Origin: Bacillota bacterium
GTDB lineage: Bacteria; Bacillota; Clostridia; Christensenellales; SZUA-584
NCBI GenBank assembly: GCA_023406895.1
Contig: JAEXTV010000023.1
Coordinates: forward strand, 67,833 to 131,832
Direction of reading: 5' to 3'
Length of the DNA: 64,000 nucleotides
Positions within the stretch are counted from its first letter, which is position 1; every line of letters begins with the position of its first letter. Made by a program: the position numbers and the translations under genes. Of the stretch, positions 28,098-37,610 are shown piece by piece. The notes below the pieces were generated by a model. That model had not been told where the DNA came from. It made no database searches and was given only the letters and a program-made list of their open reading frames with translations.

Positions 28098-28733
28098 TTA
28101 TTTTTTGATATCCGCCGTATAGACGCGCAGCGACAGCACCGATATCCATATCTGCAGCGTGAATATGTTGATGCGCTCCACAAGGCCCGCAATTGGCAGG
28201 TTGTTTGCCATGGAGACGGGTGTCATCCCCCCCGCAGCCACCATGATGATCGCGCAGGTGAACACAAACAAGCCCGTTTTGCGCAGCGGCGTTTTTTTAA
28301 GCCCAGCGCCGATGAAGAAGCCGCATGTGATGGTGCAGAGCACCACGATCACCGTCACAATCAGATGTCCCATGTTCTGCGGGTCCATCTCCGTGCCGCC
28401 TTCGCTCAAGGGGAACAAGCCATACCCGATTAATGAAACGGTCTCCATGATGATGAGCAGTATCGCCCCGGTTTTCGCCGCCTTGCCAAAGCCCTTCTCC
28501 CGGAAGAAAAACAGCAGGCTCAGAGAGAAAACGATCGCGAATATGCCGTACGCGGTGGTGAGCACGCGCAGGAATGATGCGCCGGGTGCGCCGTCTGCGG
28601 TGAGCTCGCTGATCGTCTGTGTGAGGTGGCTGTAGTTTGTCCATAAAAACCCGCCGATCACCACATGCGCTGTGTAAACAAGCGCGCTGATGAAACCGCA
28701 AATGCCAAGAATCTGCCAGATGCTTTTTTTCAT
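28098..28733 (-). CDS. DUF998-like integral membrane protein
   Basis: About 6 TM segments. Contains MKKSIWQILGICGFISALVYTAHVVIGG...TISELTADGAPGASF...GLVERINIF. The ORF runs to 28748. Confidence 0.6.
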   Translation of the reverse strand: MKKSIWQILGICGFISALVYTAHVVIGGFLWTNYSHLTQTISELTADGAPGASFLRVLTTAYGIFAIVFSLSLLFFFREKGFGKAAKTGAILLIIMETVSLIGYGLFPLSEGGTEMDPQNMGHLIVTVIVVLCTITCGFFIGAGLKKTPLRKTGLFVFTCAIIMVAAGGMTPVSMANNLPIAGLVERINIFTLQIWISVLSLRVYTADIKK

Positions 28734-28983
28734 AATTGATATCCTCATAAATAGTATTTCTGAGCGGGCAGCTTCAATAGCTCTGAGGATTTTTAAAAGC
28801 CCCCGCGGTCATGCAGCGAAGCAGTCAATGAATAAGCCGGTTAGAATAGTTAGTAAGTATAACAATTATACCGCGACGGTGTTTCGCTCGTCAATCGGTC
28901 TTAAGCCTGCAACGATAAAATGATTATGACAAAATCGTCATGCAAAAAAGTCCCATTCAGGCTATAATGAAATGGGTGATTTT

Positions 28984-29664
28984 ATGAAAACGGTACTGCT
29001 CGTCGAAGACGACAAAACGATTGTGATGGGTCTTGAATACTCGCTTAAACAGGAGGGCTACGAGGTCATCGTATGCTGTAACGCCGCGGAGGCGCAAATC
29101 GCCGTGAACGAATCGCGCTTTGATTTGGCCCTGCTCGATCTTTCGCTGCCCGACGGCAGCGGCTACGACATCTGCCGCTGCATCAAGACGCGCGGTAACA
29201 AGCCCGTCGTGTTTTTAACGGCCTGCGACGATGAAGTGAATGTGGTCATGGGGCTCGATATGGGCGCGGATGATTACATCACAAAGCCTTTTCGCATACG
29301 CGAGCTGATGTCGCGTTTGCGCAACGTGCTGCGCCGCACAGACAAATCGGCCGAAGCAACCGACGAACTGACGCTCGGAGACATCACCATCAACACGCGG
29401 CAGGCACGCGTATGGAAACACGGCACTGAAGTGCTTTTAACCGCACTCGAATACCGGCTGCTTCTCACACTCGCCGTTCACCCGGGGCAGGTGCTTTCGC
29501 GCACACAGCTGCTCGAAGGCATATGGGATATCGCGGGCGATTTCGTGAGCGATAATACATTAACCGTATACATCAAACGCCTTCGCGAGAAAATTGAGGA
29601 CGACCCCCAAAACCCGGTACTCGTACAGACAGTGCGCGGCCTTGGCTATAAGGCGGGTGAATAG
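28984..29664 (+). CDS. OmpR-family response regulator (BceR-like)
   Basis: Receiver domain: MKTVLLVEDD...LALLDLSLPDGSG. Winged-helix output: LTALEYRLLL...VRGLGYK. Alternative ATG at 28972. Confidence 0.9.
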   Translation: MKTVLLVEDDKTIVMGLEYSLKQEGYEVIVCCNAAEAQIAVNESRFDLALLDLSLPDGSGYDICRCIKTRGNKPVVFLTACDDEVNVVMGLDMGADDYITKPFRIRELMSRLRNVLRRTDKSAEATDELTLGDITINTRQARVWKHGTEVLLTALEYRLLLTLAVHPGQVLSRTQLLEGIWDIAGDFVSDNTLTVYIKRLREKIEDDPQNPVLVQTVRGLGYKAGE

Positions 29665-29665
29665 C

Positions 29666-30655
29666 ATGCTGAGAAACGCCGAATTCAAGCGCTTTCTGCT
29701 GCTTATGCTTCCGGCCTGCGTCATAATGACGGCTGCAGGCTTCATTGTTTCCGTTCCCGCCGGAGCCGTCGCTCTTGGCGGCAGCCTGCTGTTCATCTCG
29801 GTATTTATCGTATACACATGGCGGCGGTATGCCCAAATCAGCAGACTCAGCAGCTATTTAAAAAAAATAAACAGCGGGGACTACGCGCTCGATGTGAGAG
29901 ACAACGTGGAGGGCGAGCTGTCGATACTCAAAAGCGAGCTTTATAAGGTTACCGTGATGCTTCGCGAAAAGAGCGATATGCTCGCAAAAGACAAAGCCGC
30001 GCTGCAAAATGCGCTCTCCGATATCTCGCATCAGCTCAAGACGCCGCTCACATCGATGTTCATGATGACCGACCTGCTTTGCGACGCGGAGCTTCCCGAC
30101 GAAAAACGCCGTGAATTCACCGCACGGCTGCGCGCGCAGCTCGAGCGCATACAGTGGCTTGTGTCGTCGCTGTTAAAGCTGAGCAAGCTCGATGCCAAAA
30201 CCATTACCTTCAAACCGGCCGCCGTATCCGCCAAAACTCTGCTCGAAAAAGCCTGTGCCCCTCTGTTGATTCCCATAGAGATCAAAAATCAATCGTTCTT
30301 CATGAAAGACAATGGCGTGACTGTTCGCTGCGACGAGAACTGGACGGCGGAAGCGCTGCTCAACATACTCAAAAACTGCGTGGAACATACACCCGAAGGC
30401 GGGGTTCTCTCCGTGACATGCACCGCAAACCCAATCTATACACAGATACAGGTGAAAGACAGCGGCCCGGGCATCAGCCTTAAAGACCTGCCGCATGTGT
30501 TCAGCCGTTTTTACCGCGGCAGCAACGCCTCGGACGACAGCGTGGGCATCGGCCTCGCCATGGCCTCCGCGATCATGACGGAGCAGGGCGGCAGCATTGA
30601 CGCGGCCAATGATCCGCAGGGCGGCAGTGTATTTACCGTTCGTCTGCCAAAATGA
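29666..30655 (+). CDS. intramembrane-sensing histidine kinase (BceS-like)
   Basis: Two adjacent TM helices with essentially no external loop (FLLLMLPACVIMTAAGFIVSV / GAVALGGSLLFISVFIVY). H-box SHQLKTPLTS. N, G1 and G2 boxes are present. The ORF runs from 29594 and was trimmed to MLRNAEF, right after the response-regulator stop. Confidence 0.9.
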   Translation: MLRNAEFKRFLLLMLPACVIMTAAGFIVSVPAGAVALGGSLLFISVFIVYTWRRYAQISRLSSYLKKINSGDYALDVRDNVEGELSILKSELYKVTVMLREKSDMLAKDKAALQNALSDISHQLKTPLTSMFMMTDLLCDAELPDEKRREFTARLRAQLERIQWLVSSLLKLSKLDAKTITFKPAAVSAKTLLEKACAPLLIPIEIKNQSFFMKDNGVTVRCDENWTAEALLNILKNCVEHTPEGGVLSVTCTANPIYTQIQVKDSGPGISLKDLPHVFSRFYRGSNASDDSVGIGLAMASAIMTEQGGSIDAANDPQGGSVFTVRLPK

Positions 30656-30662
30656 CAAAACC

Positions 30663-30691
30663 GTCACCTGAGGTGTCACCGGCGTGTCACC
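30663..30691 (+). promoter_or_regulatory. triple direct repeat GTCACC (candidate response-regulator binding site) abutting a -35-like TTGCGC
   Basis: GTCACC occurs at 30663, 30675 and 30686 (spacing 12 and 11 nt, about one helical turn). Then TTGCGC (30692-30697) - 16 nt - TAGAAA. This lies 50 nt upstream of the ABC ATPase start. Confidence 0.45.
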
Positions 30692-30740
30692 TTGCGCATT
30701 TATCATGGCGGTGTAGAAAAGCAAGTAAGGAGTCAACGCC

Positions 30741-31424
30741 ATGGAAATTTTGAAAGTTGAAAATTTAAGCAAGGTATACGGCAGCGGTGAAGCCACCGTC
30801 CGTGCGCTCGACGATGTTTCGTTCAGCGTGGAAAAAGGTGAGTTTGTGGCCATTGTCGGCTCGTCCGGTTCGGGAAAGAGCACGCTGCTTCACATCTTAG
30901 GCGGTGTGGACCGCCCCACATCGGGCAAGGTTTTTGTTGACAATACGGATATTTACGCGCTCAACGAAACGCGCCTCGCCATATTCCGCCGCCGTCAGGT
31001 GGGCCTCATCTACCAGTTTTACAACCTGATTCCCGTACTCGATGTGGAAGAGAATATGACGCTTCCGCTGCTGCTTGACGCGCGCAAGCCGGACAAAAAG
31101 CAGCTCGAAGAGCTTTTTCATATGCTGGGTCTGGAAGACCGCAAAAAGCATCTGCCCAACCAGTTATCCGGCGGCCAGCAGCAGCGCGTGTCTATCGGCC
31201 GCGCACTGATCAACAGCCCTGCACTGATGCTCGCTGACGAACCGACCGGCAACCTCGACAGTAAAAACAGCGCGGAAATCATCGCGTTGCTGCGTCTCTC
31301 CAACAGACAGTTTGCGCAAACGCTGATTCTCATTACACACGATATGGACATCGCACTTCAGGCCGACCGCATCATCCATATAGAAGACGGGCGCATTATC
31401 AAGGACGAGGTGATGCGCAAATGA
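30741..31424 (+). CDS. ABC transporter ATP-binding protein (MacB/BceA type)
   Basis: Walker A GSSGSGKST, signature LSGGQQQRV, Walker B LMLADEPTGNLD. Its stop overlaps the permease start (ATGA). Confidence 0.95.
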   Translation: MEILKVENLSKVYGSGEATVRALDDVSFSVEKGEFVAIVGSSGSGKSTLLHILGGVDRPTSGKVFVDNTDIYALNETRLAIFRRRQVGLIYQFYNLIPVLDVEENMTLPLLLDARKPDKKQLEELFHMLGLEDRKKHLPNQLSGGQQQRVSIGRALINSPALMLADEPTGNLDSKNSAEIIALLRLSNRQFAQTLILITHDMDIALQADRIIHIEDGRIIKDEVMRK

Positions 31425-34042
31425 ACGTGATGCGAAGTTTTACGCTCAAAAGCCTCAAGCGCAACAAAAAAAGAACCATTGTGACAATCATCGGCGTGGT
31501 GATTTCCGCCGCGATGCTCACCGCCGTATCGGTATTCTTTTCATCGTTCGTCAGCCTCATCCAGCGCGACACCATCGCATCTGAGGGCAGCTGGCATGCT
31601 GAAATCCAAAATGTTGCCGTGGAAAACACAACCGTCATCACCGACGACCAGAGTATCGGCACGTCATCTCTTTCCCGGGATCTGGGTTACGCTGCTCTTG
31701 ATGCATCCGTCAACGAATCCAAGCCATATCTTTTTGTGCGGCAATACAGCGAAACGGCCTTTAGCCAGATGTCGGTGAAGCTGCTTAAAGGGCGGCTGCC
31801 GGAAAAGAAAAGCGAAGTGATCATCTCCGAGACAATAGAAAACAGCGCGGGTGTGCAATACGCCATCGGCGATACGCTGAACTTAACACTTTGCGACCGG
31901 GTTAACAACGCGGGAGAAGCGGTGAAGGGCAATATAAACGTCAATTACGCCTACAACGACGAGGGAACCGAGCGTACGCTCGACGATAAACTTGTGCCCA
32001 AATCAGAAGGCCGGTTTACCGTTGTGGGGATCATGGCACGCCCGAGCTTCGAAAAAAGCTGGTCGGCAGGCTGCGGTGTTCTTGGATACCTCGATACCGC
32101 GGCGCTCTCCCCCGGCGACAAGGTTGATGTGTTACTGACAATGAAATCGGTCAACAAAGACATCTACAATGCCGTTCCGGCACTCGCGCAGCAGGCGGGC
32201 GCAGCCGAATCCGACGTCTCGTTCCACGATGAACTGCTGCGGTATTACGGCGTGGTCAGTTACGACAACGTGCTCACCTTCATCTATATATTCGCGGGAA
32301 TCATCATCGCCATCATCATCCTCGCGTCCGTATCGCTGATATACAACTCGTTCGCGATCTCCGTATCGGAACGCTCGCGTCAGCTCGGTCTGCTTGCCAG
32401 CGTGGGCGCAACCAAACGACAGAAGCGCACCAGCATGTATTACGAGGGCTTTATCATCGGCCTCATCGGTATCCCTCTCGGCCTGCTCGCGGGCATCGGC
32501 GGCATGGCGATCACGTTAAAGGCAATTCAGCCTCTGCTGGACAGTTTCTTTAACGTGTCCGAAGGCATGTCTCTCGATCTGGTTGTGCCGCTGTGGAGCG
32601 TCGGGGCCACCGTCGCGCTCGCGGTGCTCACCATTTTCATCTCGGTTTATATCCCCGCGAGGCGCGCGTCCAGAATCACCGCCATCGACGCCATCCGCCT
32701 TTCACACGAGGTCAGGCTCACGCGCCGCGCCGTGAAAACGTCACGGCTCACCCGCTCGCTGTTCGGGTTTGAGGCCACCGTGGCGCTCAAAAACTTAAAG
32801 CGTAGCCGCAAAAAATACCGTTCCACCATCGTCTCGCTTGTGATCAGCGTCGTGCTTTTTCTAACGGTATCGATGTATGCAAACATCACACAGTCAATAT
32901 ACGGCGCAACTGAAGAAGGCTACAATTTTGATATCGCCGTCTCCTACTCAGCCGTTTCCGATCTGCAGCGCGGCAGCATGAACGAAGATATAGCGTCCCT
33001 GGACCTCGTGACAGGATACGCGCAGCAGACAAGCCTCGGCGGCTTTATCACAGTATCTGACCGGCTGCTGACGGATGAGGCAAAAAAGATCTACGGGCCT
33101 GTTACCGATGAAAGCCTGTTCGGCGCAGAACTGATCGCGCTCGATAACGGCAGCTTTAAAAATTATGCCGATACGGTGGGCGTGCCGCAAGAAGCTTTTG
33201 CCGATCCAAATACCCCCAAGGCCATACTTATCAACCACGGGCAGGACTACTATACGGCCGGTGAAGGCATTATGAAAATCGCCGGCGATATACTCAATGT
33301 GAAGAAAGGCGATACGCTTTCCTTCTACACGAATTCGGAGCATCCTGACGATACCGCGTCGCTGACCATCGGCGCGATCACCGACGAACGCCCTATGGGC
33401 ACGCTGATACAAGGGCTGACACGCGTCACGCTGGTTGTTTCAGAAGATGTGCTGAGCACTATCGGCGCAGACCTTGGCGCGCTGCCCGAGAATATCAGCC
33501 ATGCGACGTATGTGACAACCTCGGACGATCAGAGGTTGGAAAAGCAGCTGTTCCAGATGCTTGAGACGCTGCCTGCATCCAATACAGATGTGTTCAATAT
33601 ACAAAGCGAAACGCGGTCACAGCAAAGTGTCACTACGTTCCTCGGTGTGTTCGTCTACGGCTTCATCATACTGATCAGCCTCATCTGCATTGCCAACATA
33701 TTCAATACGGTGTCCACGAACATCGCGTTGAGGCGCCGCGAATTCGCGATGATGCGCAGTGTGGGCATGACGCCGGGCGGTTTTAACCGCATGATCCGCT
33801 TTGAGAGCATATTCTACGGGCTCAAGGCGCTGCTCTTCGGGCTGCCCATCAGCGTGGCGATTTCCTACCTGCTGTTTCGGACGCAGCAGAGCGTGCTGAT
33901 ATCGGGTTTCACGCTGCCGTGGCAAAGCTACGGCTTTGCGGTGCTGATGCTGCTCGTGATCGTGTTCTCCACAATGCTCTACTCAACCCACAGGATTAAG
34001 AAAGAAAATATCATTGATGCCCTCAAGGACGAGAACCTCTAG
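31421..34042 (+). CDS. FtsX-family ABC permease, duplicated MacB-like architecture (873 aa)
   Basis: By eye there are two halves, each TM - large extracytoplasmic loop - 3 TM. The FtsX-type C-terminal pattern appears twice: ...YIPARRASRITAIDAIR and ...STHRIKKENIIDALKDE. Confidence 0.9.
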   Translation: MNVMRSFTLKSLKRNKKRTIVTIIGVVISAAMLTAVSVFFSSFVSLIQRDTIASEGSWHAEIQNVAVENTTVITDDQSIGTSSLSRDLGYAALDASVNESKPYLFVRQYSETAFSQMSVKLLKGRLPEKKSEVIISETIENSAGVQYAIGDTLNLTLCDRVNNAGEAVKGNINVNYAYNDEGTERTLDDKLVPKSEGRFTVVGIMARPSFEKSWSAGCGVLGYLDTAALSPGDKVDVLLTMKSVNKDIYNAVPALAQQAGAAESDVSFHDELLRYYGVVSYDNVLTFIYIFAGIIIAIIILASVSLIYNSFAISVSERSRQLGLLASVGATKRQKRTSMYYEGFIIGLIGIPLGLLAGIGGMAITLKAIQPLLDSFFNVSEGMSLDLVVPLWSVGATVALAVLTIFISVYIPARRASRITAIDAIRLSHEVRLTRRAVKTSRLTRSLFGFEATVALKNLKRSRKKYRSTIVSLVISVVLFLTVSMYANITQSIYGATEEGYNFDIAVSYSAVSDLQRGSMNEDIASLDLVTGYAQQTSLGGFITVSDRLLTDEAKKIYGPVTDESLFGAELIALDNGSFKNYADTVGVPQEAFADPNTPKAILINHGQDYYTAGEGIMKIAGDILNVKKGDTLSFYTNSEHPDDTASLTIGAITDERPMGTLIQGLTRVTLVVSEDVLSTIGADLGALPENISHATYVTTSDDQRLEKQLFQMLETLPASNTDVFNIQSETRSQQSVTTFLGVFVYGFIILISLICIANIFNTVSTNIALRRREFAMMRSVGMTPGGFNRMIRFESIFYGLKALLFGLPISVAISYLLFRTQQSVLISGFTLPWQSYGFAVLMLLVIVFSTMLYSTHRIKKENIIDALKDENL

Positions 34043-34053
34043 CTGCCACCGCT

Positions 34054-34097
34054 CCTTCGCTGCTGTTTTTAACGGCTGCGAAGGGGCTTCTTTTTTT
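34054..34097 (+). terminator. putative terminator after the ABC permease
   Basis: CCTTCGC ... GCGAAGG forms a 7-bp stem, followed by ggCTTCTTTTTTT. Confidence 0.55.
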
Positions 34098-34211
34098 CTA
34101 TTGGCATCGCCATCACGCGAATTGGTTGAATTCTCATCGGATATGATTTATGATGATATGTGGTAAATAGTGGGTCGCTTTCAACCTTAAAACAGCATTA
34201 TAGGAGTCAAT

Positions 34212-35666
34212 ATGAAAAAGAAGACCGCTCTGTGTTATATTCTCATTGCTCTCATCATGGTCTTTTCATCTTGCAGCCCCAGCCCAATTGCAGCTGCCAC
34301 ACACACACCAGAACCGACAGCGGCAGCGGCAACAGCAGCTCCGTCTCCCTCATCCACCGCAGCCCCAACGTCAAGTGACAACGGGGTCATTACCATATAT
34401 AGTTTCACTGATGAAGTCTTAAATATTATTGAGAAGTATAAAGCATTACATCCCGATTTTCATTATCAAATCAATTATCCGATCGGCGGTATGTTTGAAG
34501 GTTATTATCAAGACGCTTTAGATCAGGCGTTGATGGCCAAGGGCCCCAACGCTGCCGACATTTATTGTGTAGAAGCCTCGTTTGCCTCAAAATACACGCA
34601 AGGAGAGATGTCCGGTTATGCTCTGCCTTATAAGGACCTGTTTCCCGATTTGGAAGAGAAAATAGCAACGGCAAAGATTGCCCCGTATATCGCAGAGGTC
34701 GGCACCCGCCCCACTGATAACGCCATTGTGGGCCTTGCTTATCAGAACACAGCCGGTGCGTTTATTTACCGCCGTTCCATCGCAAAGGATGTTTGGGGTA
34801 CCGACGACCCCGCTGTCATCGCATCAAAAATCGGCCCCGGCTGGAACAAGTTCTTTGCGTCCGCCGAGGATTTAAAACTCAAAGGCTATGCGATTGTGTC
34901 CGGAGACGGTGACATTTGGCATCCGATACAGGGCAGCGCCGATAAGGGCTGGCTGGTTGATGGCAAGCTCTATATTGACCCCAAGCGCGCCTCCTTTCTG
35001 GATTATGCCAAAGAGCTCGCAGATAAAGGTTATTCGAACGGTACGATAGATTGGCTTGACGGATGGTATGCCGACATGACAGGCTCCGGCGATAAACCCG
35101 TATTCGGGTTCTTTGGGCCCGCATGGCTAGTAAGCTACGTCATGGTCGGCCACTCCGGGGCAACATTTGACGATTTAGGTAAGCTCGTTGAAGTTGGCGG
35201 TACGTACGGCGATTGGGCGGTGTGTGAGCCGACGCAGAACTTCTTCTGGGGCGGAACCTGGGTGCTCGCCAGTAAAAATCTGAACAGCGATCCCGAAAAA
35301 AAGGCTGCCGTTGCCGATCTGATCGACTGGATCACGCTGCAAACCGGCAAAGACTCGCTGCAATACCTTTGGGCAAACGGCAAGGCTGTCGGAACTGACA
35401 GTCCTATAGATACCGTCGCTTCCGGCACAGTCATGGCCATGGCCGACGGCACTCTGGATTTCCTTGGCGGGCAAAATATGTTTGATGCATTTATACCGGC
35501 CAGCCAAAACATAAACGGCAAAAACATCACAGAATTTGACGATTCGATTAACGTTTACTGGCTCGATGAGGTTCGAAAGTACGCGGACGGCAAATGCACG
35601 CGTGATGAGGCGATTGCCGAGTTCAAACAGGTTGTGAAAGTGGAACTGCACTTCGACGCCATATAA
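34212..35666 (+). CDS. lipoprotein, extracellular solute-binding-protein-like (family 1 type), paralog A
   Basis: MKKKTALCYILIALIMVFSSC is a lipobox, followed by an Ala/Pro/Thr linker. The overall pattern resembles sugar-type SBPs (..VFGFFGPAWL..). 484 aa. Confidence 0.65.
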   Translation: MKKKTALCYILIALIMVFSSCSPSPIAAATHTPEPTAAAATAAPSPSSTAAPTSSDNGVITIYSFTDEVLNIIEKYKALHPDFHYQINYPIGGMFEGYYQDALDQALMAKGPNAADIYCVEASFASKYTQGEMSGYALPYKDLFPDLEEKIATAKIAPYIAEVGTRPTDNAIVGLAYQNTAGAFIYRRSIAKDVWGTDDPAVIASKIGPGWNKFFASAEDLKLKGYAIVSGDGDIWHPIQGSADKGWLVDGKLYIDPKRASFLDYAKELADKGYSNGTIDWLDGWYADMTGSGDKPVFGFFGPAWLVSYVMVGHSGATFDDLGKLVEVGGTYGDWAVCEPTQNFFWGGTWVLASKNLNSDPEKKAAVADLIDWITLQTGKDSLQYLWANGKAVGTDSPIDTVASGTVMAMADGTLDFLGGQNMFDAFIPASQNINGKNITEFDDSINVYWLDEVRKYADGKCTRDEAIAEFKQVVKVELHFDAI

Positions 35667-35817
35667 CCGGCAGCCGATTGGGTTGCTGCCCCCGCAGAAT
35701 GTGAAAATAATTCAGCGAACGTCAACCAAAAGCAAATTGGTTGATATGTTATTATGAAAGCTCAGATGAGAAATGGTGGTATGAGTTCAACCCAAAACTG
35801 GAGTCAAGGAGTAAATA

Positions 35818-37272
35818 ATGAAAAAGAAGCACGCATTCAGTTTTATCTTCATTGCCGTCATCATGATCTTTTCTTCGTGCAGCCCCAACCCGATCATCGC
35901 TGCATCGCAATCATCCGAACCGACAGCTGCGACCGCTCAATCAAATGCCCCTGCACCCTCGCCCACAGCAACTCCGACACTGGTTGAAGGCGGGGTTATC
36001 ACCGTTTATAATATTACCGAAGAGACGACGAACATCATCAAAAGATACATCGAGCTGCATCCGGATTTTCCATATACCATCAACGCGCCGATCGGCGGCT
36101 TGTATGAAGGCTCATACACACAGGCTTTGGATGATGCTTTGACTGGCAAAAGCCCCGACGCCGCCGATATTTATTGCGTTGAGCAGACATATGTGACACG
36201 ATATACGCAGGGTGACATGTCCGGTTTTGCCATGCCGTATGCAGATCTCATCCCCGATGCGGCTGCAAAAATCGCTGCAGCCAAAATCGCTCCGCATATC
36301 ACAGAGGTCGGCACCCGCCCCGCCGACAACGCTGTGGTGGGGCTTGCGTATCAGAACACAGCCGGCGTTTTCATCTATCGCCGCTCCATTGCCAAGGATG
36401 TGTGGGGCACCGACGACCCCGCTGTCATTGCTGCCAAAATCGGCCCCGGCTGGAATCAGTTTTTTTCAGCCGCCGAGGAATTAAAGACCAAGGGCTTTTC
36501 GATCGTTTCCGGCGACGGTGATATATGGCATTCCATAGAGAACAGCTCAGACAAGGGCTGGGTGGTTAACGGCAAACTCACTATCGACCCGAAACGCGAA
36601 GCCTTTCTCGATGCCGCCAAAGAGCTGAAAGACAAGAAGTATTCCAACGGAACAATTGACTGGACTGACGCGTGGTATGCCGACATGTCAGGCACAGGTA
36701 AAAAACCCGTCTTCGGTTTCTTTGGCCCTGCTTGGCTGATCAACTATGTGATGTCTTACCACTGTGTTGAGCGTGATGAGAACGGTAAACAGACTAAGCT
36801 GGATGCCTATGGCGATTGGGCTGTCTGTGAGCCGCCGGTCGGCTTCTTCTGGAGCGGCACATGGGTGCTCGCCAACAAGGCGCTGAATGATGATCCCGCC
36901 AAAAAAGCAGCCGTCGCAGAGCTGATTGACTGGATCACCCTGCAGTGCGGCGAAGGCTCACTTCAGTCTCTTTGGTCCAACGGCACTCTTTACGGCTTAG
37001 GCGGCGTAAAAGATGCGGTCGCTTCCGAGACGGTGATGTCCAATTCCAACGGCGTTCTCGATTTCCTCGGCGGACAGAATATGTTCGACACGTTTATTCT
37101 TGCAGACAGGCATATAAACGTCAAAAACATGACCGAATATGACCAAGCGATCAGCACAATCTGGCGGAACCAGGTTCGTAAATACGTTGACGGTGAGTGC
37201 TCGCGCAACGAGGCGATTGCCGCGTTCAAGCAAGAGGTGAAAGAGCAGCTTCATATCGATGCAGCCTCGTAG
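35818..37272 (+). CDS. lipoprotein, solute-binding-protein-like, paralog B
   Basis: MKKKHAFSFIFIAVIMIFSSC. Also 484 aa. Long stretches are identical to paralog A, e.g. YQNTAG.FIYRRSIAKDVWGTDDPAVIA.KIGPGWN. Confidence 0.65.
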   Translation: MKKKHAFSFIFIAVIMIFSSCSPNPIIAASQSSEPTAATAQSNAPAPSPTATPTLVEGGVITVYNITEETTNIIKRYIELHPDFPYTINAPIGGLYEGSYTQALDDALTGKSPDAADIYCVEQTYVTRYTQGDMSGFAMPYADLIPDAAAKIAAAKIAPHITEVGTRPADNAVVGLAYQNTAGVFIYRRSIAKDVWGTDDPAVIAAKIGPGWNQFFSAAEELKTKGFSIVSGDGDIWHSIENSSDKGWVVNGKLTIDPKREAFLDAAKELKDKKYSNGTIDWTDAWYADMSGTGKKPVFGFFGPAWLINYVMSYHCVERDENGKQTKLDAYGDWAVCEPPVGFFWSGTWVLANKALNDDPAKKAAVAELIDWITLQCGEGSLQSLWSNGTLYGLGGVKDAVASETVMSNSNGVLDFLGGQNMFDTFILADRHINVKNMTEYDQAISTIWRNQVRKYVDGECSRNEAIAAFKQEVKEQLHIDAAS

Positions 37273-37367
37273 ATACCGACACACTGTCGATAAAGCCGAA
37301 AGAGTCTCCCTCAGATAATACCGAGACGGAATGCCGGAGGGAGTTGACCGGTTATGTCATATTCTCT

Positions 37368-37393
37368 CCCCTCAGTCACCTATCGACGAGCCC
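37368..37393. repeat. copy of the dispersed intergenic GTCACC-type element
   Basis: CCCCTCAGTCACCTATCGACGAGCCC shares GTCACCTATCG with the copy at 46329, and the CCTCA..GTC.CCT.TCG.CG frame with the copy at 57249. Confidence 0.35.
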
Positions 37394-37610
37394 TAATACA
37401 AACGGCAGCCGTCAGAGGGATCGCGATAAGAGGTTTATTGACATTTCGGCGGCTACGTAGATGCTGAATAGTCATATGGCCCAAAAGGCTCTTTTTTCGT
37501 TGGCTTGACCCACTTCCGGGATCATGGACAATTTGTGAACAACGCCCATGCTTGTTTTACTTCGAAGCATTTTATGTTATAATACCTGCTGATATATGAC
37601 AGGAGGAGCT

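Noticed and set aside
30173-30883. 236-aa minus-strand ORF spanning the kinase end and the ABC ATPase start
   Set aside because: It is antisense to two strongly supported genes and crosses their intergenic promoter region. No motifs are present.
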